From Myxococcota bacterium (lineage in GTDB: Bacteria > Myxococcota_A > UBA9160 > JAFDDA01), in assembly GCA_965228475.1 (NCBI GenBank), contig OZ245817.1:4128001-4192000 (forward strand): DNA of 64,000 bases, written 5' to 3'. Positions within the stretch are counted from its first letter, which is position 1. Every line of letters begins with the position of its first letter. Below are positions 28,025 to 37,350 of the stretch, piece after piece. The notes beneath the pieces are model-generated. The model saw only the letters and a list, made by a program, of their open reading frames with translations, did not search any database and was not told the DNA's origin. Position numbers and translations under genes: made by a program.

Positions 28025-30607
28025 ATGTTTCACCCGCTCTCGCGGACGCTCGTGGTTCTCGCCACCGTCCTGCTCTCCCCGCTTGCCTCCGCTCAGCTCA
28101 CGCTTCCCGCGGCGGTCTCCCTCGACCAGGGCCAGGCCTTCTACCCGGCCGCCAACGTGATCGGAACGTCCGGCATGTTCATCGGTGGCGACGGACTGAC
28201 GGTCGACGACCGCTTCGTGAGCGAAGCCAGCGCGCTGAACGCCTTCGTGACGGATGCTTTCCTGCCGAGCTACTTCGACGACGGCGGTGTCGCTCCCGTC
28301 TTGACGTTCACGTTCGCAGCCCCGACCGACCTCGACGGCATGGTGGTCTGGAACTACCCGAACACCGCGGCCGTGGGCAATGCGGCGCGCGAAGGCACCG
28401 TCGAGCTCGACACGGGTTCCGGATTCGGTCCACCGATTCCCGTCACACTCAAGACCGGCTCATCCGCCAGCGCTTTTCTCGCCCCGACTCGCGTTTCGCT
28501 CGGCTTGCATGCAGGCGTGGTGGCGGCCCGGCTGACGATCGCCGCGAACTACCGCGGCTTCGGCGGCGCCCCAGGCGGCGACCGCGTCGGCCTGGGCACG
28601 GTCGCCTTCGGCCTCCTTCCCCCGGCGGCTCCGTCTCCGAACCTCGTTCCGGACACGAACTCGATGGACTTCTTTCCGGACGACCTGGAGGCCTACCCGG
28701 GAAACCCGGTGCTGGAGGGCGGGGACGTGACCGACTCTCCCTCGGAAGGCATCGCCGATCCGTTCCTCTTCAAGGACGGCAACGACTGGTACCTCTTCGC
28801 CGAGATCATTCAGGAGGGAACGGGGCACGGCGACCTCTCGGTGGCCACGAGTGAAGACGGCCTCCATTGGCAGTACGAGCAGATCGTTCTCGACGAACCG
28901 TTCCACCTCTCCTACCCGCAGGTCTTCCAGGTCGACGGCACCTACTACATGATCCCGGAGACCCATCAGGACCAGTCGATCCGCCTCTACCGCGCGACGA
29001 ACTTCCCGTACGACTGGACCCTCGAGTCCGTGCTCCTCACGGGCCGCCCGTTCGTCGATGCGTCGATCCTCCACTACGAAGGCCGCTGGTGGATCTTCGC
29101 GGCGGAGCCGCCCAACACGCACACCTTCCTCTACTCCTCGGACTCGCTCACGAGCGGCTGGGTGGAGCACCCGCAGAGCCCCGTCATCGCGAACGACGCC
29201 AACATCGCCCGACCCGGCGGCCGCTCGTTTTCCTTTGCCGGCGGAACCCGTGCGATCCGAACGGCGCAGGACGACTTCCCCTTCTACGGAGAGGCAGTCC
29301 GGCTCTTCGAGATCATGGAGCTCTCCCCGACGCACTACGCGGAGGTCGAGCTCCCGACGAGCCCGATCCTCACGCCCGAAGGCTCGGGCTGGGCCGGCGG
29401 GGGCTACCACCACTTCGACCCCTGGCCGAACGGCGACCACTGGCTGGCGGTCATCGATGGCCAGCTACCGGGCCAGGGCGGTTGGTCGATCGGGATGACG
29501 ATTGCCCGCTCCCCGGACGCGCCGGATGGCGAGATCGACACGCCGGCTTCTTCACTGTCGATCCAGGCGGGCGAGACCGTGCTCTTCTCCGGAACGGCGA
29601 CGGATCCGCAGGGCGACGCCATCGACAGCCACGTCTGGCACTTCGGCGCCGGCGCCGGCATCGCCGACGCGCACCTTCCCGACCCGGGGAGCGTTCGCTT
29701 CACCGCTCCCGGCAGCTTCGAAGCCGAGTACGCCGTGTGGGACGAACACGGCCACGCGGATCCGATGCCCGCGCGACGTACCGTCCACGTCGCACACCAC
29801 TTCGCGTCGATCCTCTCGATCACTGCGACGAACTCGAACACCGACCCGGCCTTCGCACTGGGCCAGATCATCCAGGGCCAGGGCGCTGGCTTCGCGAACG
29901 ATGCCCCGCACCCGGCGCTGTCGGACCTCTCCTGGTCGACGCAGACCGTAGGCGCCGGAAACGACTACTTCGCCGTGAACCCCGCTCCGGTCGTGATGGA
30001 CTTCCTGCTCGACGACGTGCACATGGTCGACGGCATCGCCCTGTGGGCGAACTTCTTCGCGCCGGGCAACTCGCTGCGAAGCTTCGAGGCGCAGTTCTCG
30101 ACGACGGGGAGCGCCGCGGGTCTCGGCGCGCCGATCGCCTTGGCTGCAAGCGACCTCGAGTCCGCGACCATGGAAAAAGTCCCCGTGCCGCCGACCGAGG
30201 CGAACTACGTCCGCCTCACACTCACAGACAACCAAGCCGGATTCGCGCTTCCCGGCGGCGACCGCCTCGGACTGCGGGAGATCGCGTTCACGGTCGACGT
30301 CGGCCCGGCCCTCGTCGTCGCGTGTGCGAACGGCCTCGACGACGACGGGGACGGCCTGATCGACGCCGGCAACGACCCGGGCTGCCGGGACGCCGACTTC
30401 CCCTACGAAGCTCCCGCCTGCGATGACGGACTCGACAACGAAGGCGACGGGCTCGTCGACCTCGACGACGCCGAATGTGACGCTGCCTGGCGACACCGGG
30501 AGACACCGAAGGCGGCGTGCGGGCTCGGATTCGAGGCCGCCCTCCTGCTCCCGCTCTTGGGGGCGTGGCGTAGCCAAGCAACGCGAGGTCGGGCGGGCCG
30601 TCGATGA
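28025..30607 (+). CDS. Secreted multidomain protein: discoidin-like, GINT1/GH43-like beta-propeller, PKD, discoidin-like, Ca-binding repeats, CGLG-type sorting tail
   Basis: ADPFLF, LDEPFHLSYPQVF...YYMIPET; WHFG...FTAPG PKD; two GGDR-x-GL-x-x-x-AF domains; CANGLDDDGDGLID; ACGLGFEAALLLPLLGAWR. Confidence 0.8.
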   Translation: MFHPLSRTLVVLATVLLSPLASAQLTLPAAVSLDQGQAFYPAANVIGTSGMFIGGDGLTVDDRFVSEASALNAFVTDAFLPSYFDDGGVAPVLTFTFAAPTDLDGMVVWNYPNTAAVGNAAREGTVELDTGSGFGPPIPVTLKTGSSASAFLAPTRVSLGLHAGVVAARLTIAANYRGFGGAPGGDRVGLGTVAFGLLPPAAPSPNLVPDTNSMDFFPDDLEAYPGNPVLEGGDVTDSPSEGIADPFLFKDGNDWYLFAEIIQEGTGHGDLSVATSEDGLHWQYEQIVLDEPFHLSYPQVFQVDGTYYMIPETHQDQSIRLYRATNFPYDWTLESVLLTGRPFVDASILHYEGRWWIFAAEPPNTHTFLYSSDSLTSGWVEHPQSPVIANDANIARPGGRSFSFAGGTRAIRTAQDDFPFYGEAVRLFEIMELSPTHYAEVELPTSPILTPEGSGWAGGGYHHFDPWPNGDHWLAVIDGQLPGQGGWSIGMTIARSPDAPDGEIDTPASSLSIQAGETVLFSGTATDPQGDAIDSHVWHFGAGAGIADAHLPDPGSVRFTAPGSFEAEYAVWDEHGHADPMPARRTVHVAHHFASILSITATNSNTDPAFALGQIIQGQGAGFANDAPHPALSDLSWSTQTVGAGNDYFAVNPAPVVMDFLLDDVHMVDGIALWANFFAPGNSLRSFEAQFSTTGSAAGLGAPIALAASDLESATMEKVPVPPTEANYVRLTLTDNQAGFALPGGDRLGLREIAFTVDVGPALVVACANGLDDDGDGLIDAGNDPGCRDADFPYEAPACDDGLDNEGDGLVDLDDAECDAAWRHRETPKAACGLGFEAALLLPLLGAWRSQATRGRAGRR

Positions 30608-30626
30608 GACCGTCGCCCTCGCTTGC

Positions 30627-31421
30627 TCAGGCCGCCTCGGCCATCCGCCCCTCGCCTGCCGCCAGCGCGGCGGGCGAGGGGATCAGGGTCTCGCGCCGGA
30701 TCTCGAGCACGCCGAACTTCTCGAGCAGGAGGCAGAACCCGTAGCCGATGTCGACCTCCCACTGGGTGAAGGAGAACTTCGCCGAGGTCGCGTAGCGGTG
30801 GTGGTTGTTCTGGAACCCCTCGCCGAAGATCAGCCAGGCGGCGAAGTGGTTGTTGCGCGAGTTGTCGTTCGTCTCGAAGTTCCGGCCGCCCACGGCGTGG
30901 CCCAGCGTGTTGACGATCCAGCCCTCGATCGGGTGGCTCATGATCCCGACGTAGTAGGCCGCGGCGAGGAGCCACATGCCGGTCGGGATGGCGATGGCCA
31001 GGGCGATCGTGGCGTGGGCGACGTACGGCAGCATCCAGAGGCGGTTCCGGTTCAGCCAGTGGATCGGAAAGTCGAGGTCCTCGACCCCCCGCGTGTACTC
31101 GCGCTCGCCGCGCGCCAGGCCGACGAGCGTCCGCTCGTAGGACCGGAGCTGGCCGAAGAGCACGCCCATCGTCCCCTGGTAGACCGGGCTGTGAGGGTCG
31201 CGCTCGGTGTCGGAGTAGGCGTGGTGCCGGCGATGCATCGTGGCCCAGCCCTTCGGGTCGAGGCCGGTGCACCAGATGCCGCCGTGGATGGCGAGCTTCC
31301 GGGCGAAGGGGCTGAGCGTGACGGCGCGGTGGGCGAGACCGCGGTGGTAGAAGATCGTGATCATGATGGCGTTCACGAGGTAGGCGGCGAGGAAGACGCC
31401 GAGACAGGCCAGGATGTACAT
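30627..31421 (-). CDS. Fatty-acid (acyl-CoA delta-9-like) desaturase
   Basis: His boxes YHRGLAH, HRRHH and QNNHH; DPHSP; AAGGAG RBS. Confidence 0.92.
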   Translation of the reverse strand: MYILACLGVFLAAYLVNAIMITIFYHRGLAHRAVTLSPFARKLAIHGGIWCTGLDPKGWATMHRRHHAYSDTERDPHSPVYQGTMGVLFGQLRSYERTLVGLARGEREYTRGVEDLDFPIHWLNRNRLWMLPYVAHATIALAIAIPTGMWLLAAAYYVGIMSHPIEGWIVNTLGHAVGGRNFETNDNSRNNHFAAWLIFGEGFQNNHHRYATSAKFSFTQWEVDIGYGFCLLLEKFGVLEIRRETLIPSPAALAAGEGRMAEAA

Positions 31422-31453
31422 GGGTTCTCCTTTGGAGGACGGCAGGTCAAAAC

Positions 31454-31497
31454 TTACGATGCCGTAACTAACGATAGCGTAACTTACGGCAGCGTAT
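31454..31497. promoter_or_regulatory. Three tandem 14-bp palindromic operators (15-bp period)
   Basis: TTACGATGCCGTAA, TAACGATAGCGTAA, TTACGGCAGCGTAT between the divergent desaturase and tetR genes. Confidence 0.75.
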
Positions 31498-31511
31498 TAA
31501 GCTCGTCAACC

Positions 31512-32129
31512 GTGTCCCGCAAGAAGCTCAGCGCCGCCGAGCGGCGCGCCCAGCTGATCGAAGTCGGCAGAAAGGCCTTCGCCGAGAACGGCTACGAGGC
31601 GACCTCCGTCGAGCAGATCGCCGAGCGCGCCAAGATCTCGAAACCCATTGTTTACGAGCACTTCGGAGGCAAGGAAGGCCTCTACGCGGTGGTGGTCGAC
31701 CGCGAGGTCGAGCACGTCGTGGCCGCGATCTCCGAGGCCATCTCCTCGGGCACGCCGCGGGAGCGCGTCGAGCGCGCCTCCCTCGCCTTCCTGACCTACG
31801 TGAAGGACCACCCGGACGGCTTCGCCGTCCTGGCCCACGACGCCCCCATCACCGCCACCCGGGGAAACCTCTCGAGCCTGCTCTCGGACGTCGCCGAGCG
31901 CGTCGGCAAGGTCTTCGCCGCCACCTTCAAGGAGGCCGGCTACGACCCGAAGATCGCCCCGCTGTACGCCCACGCCCTCGTCGGGATGGTCACCTTCGTC
32001 GGCCAGTGGTGGACGGAGACGCGCAAGCCCTCGGTCGAGAAGGTCGCGAGCCACCTCGCCGCCCTCGGCTGGATGGGGCTCCGCCACCTGCCGCGCAAGC
32101 CGGATCCGCTCCGAAAGGGCGACGCCTAG
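31512..32129 (+). CDS. TetR/AcrR family regulator
   Basis: ERRAQLIEVGRKAFAENGYEATSVEQIAERAKISKPIVYEHFGGKEGL. Confidence 0.92.
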   Translation: MSRKKLSAAERRAQLIEVGRKAFAENGYEATSVEQIAERAKISKPIVYEHFGGKEGLYAVVVDREVEHVVAAISEAISSGTPRERVERASLAFLTYVKDHPDGFAVLAHDAPITATRGNLSSLLSDVAERVGKVFAATFKEAGYDPKIAPLYAHALVGMVTFVGQWWTETRKPSVEKVASHLAALGWMGLRHLPRKPDPLRKGDA

Positions 32130-32161
32130 CCGTACGTACGAAGACAAGATATCGTCCGTAC

Positions 32162-32389
32162 ATGGTGAAACGGCTGACCCGCTCTGGAAACAGCTTGGCG
32201 CTCGTCATCGACCGGCCCCTCCTGGAAGCGCTCGAGATCGACGGGGACACGGAGCTCGAACTCTCCACGGACGGTGACGTCCTGGTCGTGACTCCGGTCC
32301 GCGACCGCCAGAGAAAAGAGCGGCTGGCCGATCTGGTCGCCGAAGCGGACGAGCAGTACGGCGGCGTGTTCCGCCGGCTGGCGGAGTGA
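32162..32389 (+). CDS. AbrB/MazE-type antitoxin
   Basis: MVKRLTRSGNSLALVID swapped-hairpin motif; ends YGGVFRRLAE; GTGA overlap with the toxin. Confidence 0.88.
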   Translation: MVKRLTRSGNSLALVIDRPLLEALEIDGDTELELSTDGDVLVVTPVRDRQRKERLADLVAEADEQYGGVFRRLAE

Positions 32390-32781
32390 CGGAACCGCTC
32401 TTCCTCACACTCGACGAGGTCCTCGGCATCCATGCCAGCCGAATCCGGCGGTACGGCGGCTCTCCGGGGGTTCGCGATCTGAGCCTTCTCCGCTCGTCGG
32501 TCGCCATCCCCCAGGCAACCTTCGGGGGAGAGTTCCTGCACGCCAGCCTGTTCGAGATGGCGGCTGCGTACTTGTTCCACCTCGTCCGAAACCACCCCTT
32601 CGTCGACGGCAACAAGCGAACCGCGTTGATGTGCGCGCTCGCCTTCCTCGGAATGAACGGACAACGCCTCACCGCTTCGGAGGATTCTCTCTACGACCTG
32701 GTCTACGGCGCCGCGGCGGGGAAGATCGGCAAAGCAGAGATCGCCGTGTTCCTTCGCGAAAGCTGCTCTCCACGCAGTTGA
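32386..32781 (+). CDS. doc: Death-on-curing (Doc/Fic) family toxin
   Basis: HPFVDGNKRTA Doc motif. Confidence 0.9.
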   Translation: MTEPLFLTLDEVLGIHASRIRRYGGSPGVRDLSLLRSSVAIPQATFGGEFLHASLFEMAAAYLFHLVRNHPFVDGNKRTALMCALAFLGMNGQRLTASEDSLYDLVYGAAAGKIGKAEIAVFLRESCSPRS

Positions 32782-32790
32782 CGTGCCCCC

Positions 32791-33354
32791 CTACGGCCTT
32801 CGCAGCGTCGTGTGGGACCAGTGCCCGGGCGTGCCGACGCGGGACCCCTCCCAGCCGCGCTTCCGGAGCGCCCCGCAGAGCAGGTAGTTGAAGAAGCCGT
32901 GGGCCACGACGCCGATGTGCTCGCTCTCGCCGGACCACTCCCCGAGCTGATCCGCCGCCTCCGCGACGCGGCGGTAGGTGCCCCGGGCCGATTCGACGCT
33001 CCCGGCGTAGCCGCCGAGCCAGGCGAGCCGCCCGAGCACGCGCCAGCCGGCGCTCGGCATGCGGAGGATCGGAAGCGGGACGCCCGGGATCGGCGCCTCC
33101 CGGAAACGGGCGTCCTCGAGGGGTTTCGCGTCGGGGCGGACGCGCTCGAGGGAGTGCTTCGCCCGCCGCAGGTTGCTCGTCACGAAGCGGTCGCAGTCCG
33201 CGAGGGCCGGGGCGAGTTCCTGCGGGGGATGGGAGTCGTCCACGAGGCCGGCCTCGTCGTAGGCCTGCCACCAGGCATCGAAGGCCCGGGCCGGGATCCA
33301 GGAGTCCTCATCGCAGAGGGGACGGCCGTGTCGAACGAGGGTGATGCGCGGCAC
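32791..33354 (-). CDS. Histidine phosphatase superfamily protein
   Basis: ITLVRHG, TSNLRRA and VVAHGFFN motifs; GTG start inferred. Confidence 0.8.
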   Translation of the reverse strand: MPRITLVRHGRPLCDEDSWIPARAFDAWWQAYDEAGLVDDSHPPQELAPALADCDRFVTSNLRRAKHSLERVRPDAKPLEDARFREAPIPGVPLPILRMPSAGWRVLGRLAWLGGYAGSVESARGTYRRVAEAADQLGEWSGESEHIGVVAHGFFNYLLCGALRKRGWEGSRVGTPGHWSHTTLRRP

Positions 33355-33478
33355 GGGCGGCAGGATAGCGGCGCCTCGGGCCCACCCTTCCCTCCCCCGA
33401 GCGACTTTCGGCGCCGACTTGACCCTCGGCGTCCAGAGCGGGATCTTCCTCGGGTCCATCACGCCAGGGGGGTGAGCG

Positions 33479-35212
33479 GTGGCCGATCAGGAGAAATTCG
33501 TCTTCGCCTCCGGGGGAGGCGCGGTGAAGAAGAAAAAGAAGGCGCCGGCGCGCAAGGCGTCCGCGGCCAAGAGCAAGGCTCCCGCGAAGAAGGCGGCGCA
33601 CAAGAAGAAGGCGCCCCAGCGCTCCGCGAAGAAGCCCGCCGAGCCGCGCAAGCGCGCGACGGCCAAGGAGATGAGCGCCCAGGCGCGGGACATCTCCGTC
33701 TCCGAGTTCTTCGCCAAGAACCGGCACCTGCTCGGCTTCGACAACCCGAGCAAGGCGCTCCTCACGACGGTGAAGGAAGGCGTCGACAACTCCCTGGATG
33801 CGTGCGAAGAGGCCGGCATCGTTCCCGACATCCGGGTCGAGGTGACGCAGAAGGACGAGAACCGCTTCCGCATCGCCATCGAGGACAACGGGCCGGGGAT
33901 CGTCGCGGCCCAGGCGCCCAAGATCTTCGGACGGCTCCTCTACGGCTCGAAGTTCCACCGCCTGCGCCAGAGCCGCGGGCAGCAGGGCATCGGCATCAGC
34001 GCCGCGGGCATGTACGGCCTGCTCACCACCGGCAAGCCGATCGAGATCATCACCCGGACCAGCCCGAAGAAGCCGGCGCATCACTTCGTGCTCGTGATCG
34101 ACACGCGCAGCAACGAGCCGCGGGTGAAGAAGGACGAAGAGGTCGAGTGGCACCGCGATCACGGCACGCGCGTCGAGATCGAGCTCGAGGGCAACTACCG
34201 CGGCGGCCAGCACTCGGTCGACAACTACATCCGCCAGATCTCCCTCGCGAACCCGCATGCGCAGATCACCTACCAGCCGCCGAAGGCCGAGGCCTACGGC
34301 GCCGAGCACGTCTTCCCGCGCGTGACGGACGAGCTCCCGCCGGAGACGGAGGAGATCAAGCCCCATCCCTACGGGGTCGAGCTCGGCGTGATGATGCAGA
34401 TGTTCCGCGACACGAAGTCGCGCAACGTCCGCGGCTGCCTGACTGCAGACTTCAGCCGCGTGTCCGGCCGCATCGCCGACGAGATCCTGAAGACGGCCAA
34501 GGTGGCGCCGACGCGCCGTCCGCGCGAGGTCACCCGCGAGGAAGCCGAGAAGATCCACAAGGCGGTGCAGAAGACGAAGATCATGTCGCCGCCGACGGAT
34601 TGCATCGCCCCGATCGGCGCGGAGCTGATCGAGAAGGCACTGAAGGCCGAGGTGAAGGCCGACTTCTACGCCTCGGCCACGCGGCGCCCGACGGTGTACC
34701 GCGGCAACCCGTTCCTGATCGAGGCCGGCATCGCCTACGGGGGCGAGCTCTCGGGGGACGACGCCGCGACGGTCTACCGCTACGCGAACCGGGTCCCGCT
34801 GCAGTACCAGCAGGGCGCGTGCGCCATCACGAAGGCCGTCACCGGTACGGACTGGCGCGGCTACCAGATGCAGCAGCCGCGCGGCGCGCTGCCCGTCGGG
34901 CCGATGCTCGTCATGGTGCACATCGCGAGCGTGTGGGTGCCCTTCACCTCCGAGAGCAAGGAAGCCGTCGCCCACTACCCGGAGATCATCAAGGAGATGC
35001 GCCTCGCGCTCCAGGAGTGCGGGCGTCAGGTGGCGACCCACATCCGCAAGCAGCGCCGCGAAGCCGACGAGGCGAAGAAGCGCGCCTACATCGAGAAGTA
35101 CATCCCGCAGCTCGCCGTCGGCGTGCAGCAGATCCTCGAGCTCTCGGACCCCCAGCGCGACAAGATCGTGACCAACCTCTCCGACGTGCTCGAACGCAGC
35201 CGCAAGCCCTAG
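33479..35212 (+). CDS. top6B: DNA topoisomerase VI subunit B
   Basis: ISVSEFFAKNRHLLGFDNP, KEGVDNSLDACEE, DNGPGI, SRGQQGIGIS (GHKL), RYANRVPL, VPFTSESKEA. Confidence 0.96.
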   Translation: MADQEKFVFASGGGAVKKKKKAPARKASAAKSKAPAKKAAHKKKAPQRSAKKPAEPRKRATAKEMSAQARDISVSEFFAKNRHLLGFDNPSKALLTTVKEGVDNSLDACEEAGIVPDIRVEVTQKDENRFRIAIEDNGPGIVAAQAPKIFGRLLYGSKFHRLRQSRGQQGIGISAAGMYGLLTTGKPIEIITRTSPKKPAHHFVLVIDTRSNEPRVKKDEEVEWHRDHGTRVEIELEGNYRGGQHSVDNYIRQISLANPHAQITYQPPKAEAYGAEHVFPRVTDELPPETEEIKPHPYGVELGVMMQMFRDTKSRNVRGCLTADFSRVSGRIADEILKTAKVAPTRRPREVTREEAEKIHKAVQKTKIMSPPTDCIAPIGAELIEKALKAEVKADFYASATRRPTVYRGNPFLIEAGIAYGGELSGDDAATVYRYANRVPLQYQQGACAITKAVTGTDWRGYQMQQPRGALPVGPMLVMVHIASVWVPFTSESKEAVAHYPEIIKEMRLALQECGRQVATHIRKQRREADEAKKRAYIEKYIPQLAVGVQQILELSDPQRDKIVTNLSDVLERSRKP

Positions 35213-35223
35213 AGGACGATGCC

Positions 35224-36450
35224 ATGGCCGCACGCAAGAAGAAGACGGTGGCGAAGAAGAAGACCGCCGGCGGGCGCAAGAAGGCGCCCGCGAAGCGCAA
35301 GACGAAGAAGAGCGTCGCCGTCGACATCGCCGCCGTCCGCAAGCGCAACCAGCAGCTCGACAAGCTCGCGATCAAGGGCATCGTGAACGCCGCGAAGGAC
35401 GTGCACGAGCACATCCTGAAGCGGCGCAAGCCGGACCTCTCGTTCCCCGTCCGCTCGCTCGGCAACGTCGAGTACTCGAAGAAGCAGGGCTACTTCTCGA
35501 TCGGCAAACAGAAGAAGGTCCGCACGCTCACCGTGAACACGGTGAAGGGCTTCGCCCAGACGCTGCGCATGATGGGGCTCAGCAAGGAGCTGATCGAGAC
35601 CAACGACTTCGCCACCAAGCGAGACGCCTACTACCAGAGCAAGAACTGGGAGGACGCGCGCTTCGACGAGCAGACCGAGTCCGACTCGGTCATGGACGAC
35701 ATCGAGGCGCTGTTCAGCGTGGACGGCGTCTCCCGCGAGCAGCTCCGCTTCGTGCCGGACGAGCACGGCGGCGCCGTTGCCGGGCAGCTCATGGTGATCG
35801 ACCCGGACCGCGACACGGGCGAGATCGAGCGCATCGACTGCACGCGCTTCGGCTCCGGGGCGTACTCCATCCCGAGCAATGTCGAGCACCTCTCCTTCGA
35901 GACCGATGCCGAGTTCGTGCTCGTGATCGAGACGGGCGGTGTCTTCCAGCGCCTCCAGAGCCACAAGTTCTGGCAGACGAGCAACTGCATCCTCGTCTCC
36001 ATGGCCGGTGTGCCGACGCGCTCGACCCGGCGCTTCGTCCGCAAGCTCTCGGACGAGTGCGACCTGCCGGTCTACGCCTTCGTCGATTGCGACCCCTACG
36101 GGATCAGCAACATCTACCGCACGCTGAAGGTCGGCTCGGGCAACGCGGCCCACCTCTCCCAGTTCTTCTGCGTGCCCCAGGCGCGCTACCTCGGCGTGAC
36201 GCCGCAGGACATCGTCGACTACGAGCTGCCCACCCACCCGCTCCACGACGTCGACATCAAGCGGGCCAAGGACGCCTTGAAGAACGACCCCTTCTTCAAG
36301 ACCCACACCGAGTGGCAGAAGGCCATCAACCAGCTCCTCAAGATGGGCGTCCGCGCCGAGCAGCAGGCCCTGGCCAAGTGGGGGCTCAACTACGTGATCG
36401 AGGAATACCTGCCGCAGAAGCTCGATCAGCGGGCGCGCTTCCTGCCCTGA
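35224..36450 (+). CDS. top6A: DNA topoisomerase VI subunit A (Spo11 family)
   Basis: TKRDAYY (catalytic Tyr region); TOPRIM VIETGG and VDCDPYG; RAEQQAL. Confidence 0.95.
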   Translation: MAARKKKTVAKKKTAGGRKKAPAKRKTKKSVAVDIAAVRKRNQQLDKLAIKGIVNAAKDVHEHILKRRKPDLSFPVRSLGNVEYSKKQGYFSIGKQKKVRTLTVNTVKGFAQTLRMMGLSKELIETNDFATKRDAYYQSKNWEDARFDEQTESDSVMDDIEALFSVDGVSREQLRFVPDEHGGAVAGQLMVIDPDRDTGEIERIDCTRFGSGAYSIPSNVEHLSFETDAEFVLVIETGGVFQRLQSHKFWQTSNCILVSMAGVPTRSTRRFVRKLSDECDLPVYAFVDCDPYGISNIYRTLKVGSGNAAHLSQFFCVPQARYLGVTPQDIVDYELPTHPLHDVDIKRAKDALKNDPFFKTHTEWQKAINQLLKMGVRAEQQALAKWGLNYVIEEYLPQKLDQRARFLP

Positions 36451-36480
36451 TCGGCCCGCCTTGCTACCGTACGCCGCGCA

Positions 36481-37350
36481 ATGAAGGGCATCATCCTCGC
36501 AGGCGGCTCCGGGACGCGGCTCCACCCCATCACGCGGGCGGCGAGCAAGCAGCTCCTCCCGGTCTACGACAAGCCGATGGTCTACTACCCGGTCTCGACG
36601 CTCATGCTGGCGGGCATCCGCGAGCTGTTGCTGATCAGCACGCCGGCGGACCTGCCGGGGTTCCAGCGGCTCTTCGGCGACGGCTCCCACCTCGGGCTCG
36701 ACATCTCCTACGCCGAGCAGCCGAGCCCGGACGGGATCGCCCAGGCCTTCCTGATCGGCGAGGACTTCATCGCGGGCCAGCCCTGCGCGCTCGCGCTCGG
36801 CGACAACGTCTTCTACGGCCACGGCCTGCCCGAGAAGCTCGAACGCGCGGCGGGCCGCAGCGAGGGCGCCACCGTCTTCGGCTACTGGGTGAACGACCCG
36901 GAGCGCTACGGCGTGGTCGAGTTCGACGCCGAGCAGCGCGCGGTCACGATCGAAGAGAAACCCGCCGTGCCGCGCTCCCACTGGGCGGTCACCGGCCTCT
37001 ACTTCTACGACAGCCAGGTCGTCGACGTGACCAGGAGCATCGAGCCCTCGGCGCGCGGCGAGCTCGAGATCACCGACGTGAACAAGGTCTACCTCGAGCG
37101 TCAGAACCTCCACGTCGAGCGGCTCGGCCGCGGCTTCGCGTGGCTCGACATGGGCACGCACGAATCGCTGATGCAGGCGGGCCAGTTCATCCACTCGATC
37201 CAGGCGCGGCAGGGCCAGCAGGTCGCCTGCCTCGAGGAGATCGCCTTCCGCAAGGGCTACATCGGGCGCGAGGCGCTGCTCGAAGAAGCGAACAAGCTCA
37301 AGCAGAACGCCTACGGCCAGTACCTGCAGCGGGTGGCGCAAGAAGGCTAG
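36481..37350 (+). CDS. rfbA: Glucose-1-phosphate thymidylyltransferase
   Basis: [16 protein letters not shown]...[22 protein letters not shown]. Confidence 0.97.
   Translation: MKGIILAGGSGTRLHPITRAASKQLLPVYDKPMVYYPVSTLMLAGIRELLLISTPADLPGFQRLFGDGSHLGLDISYAEQPSPDGIAQAFLIGEDFIAGQPCALALGDNVFYGHGLPEKLERAAGRSEGATVFGYWVNDPERYGVVEFDAEQRAVTIEEKPAVPRSHWAVTGLYFYDSQVVDVTRSIEPSARGELEITDVNKVYLERQNLHVERLGRGFAWLDMGTHESLMQAGQFIHSIQARQGQQVACLEEIAFRKGYIGREALLEEANKLKQNAYGQYLQRVAQEG

Noticed and set aside
10722..30626. Classical integrative element delimited by att repeats in the desaturase
   Set aside because: No integrase or transfer genes, and the repeat is long with a synonymous bias, unlike an att core
32812..35223. 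Apparent 1212-aa fusion ORF ending in Top6A; similar run-ons precede rfbC, the amidinotransferase and the 11594 TPR gene
   Set aside because: The upstream parts are off-frame overlaps of other genes; the real starts are internal
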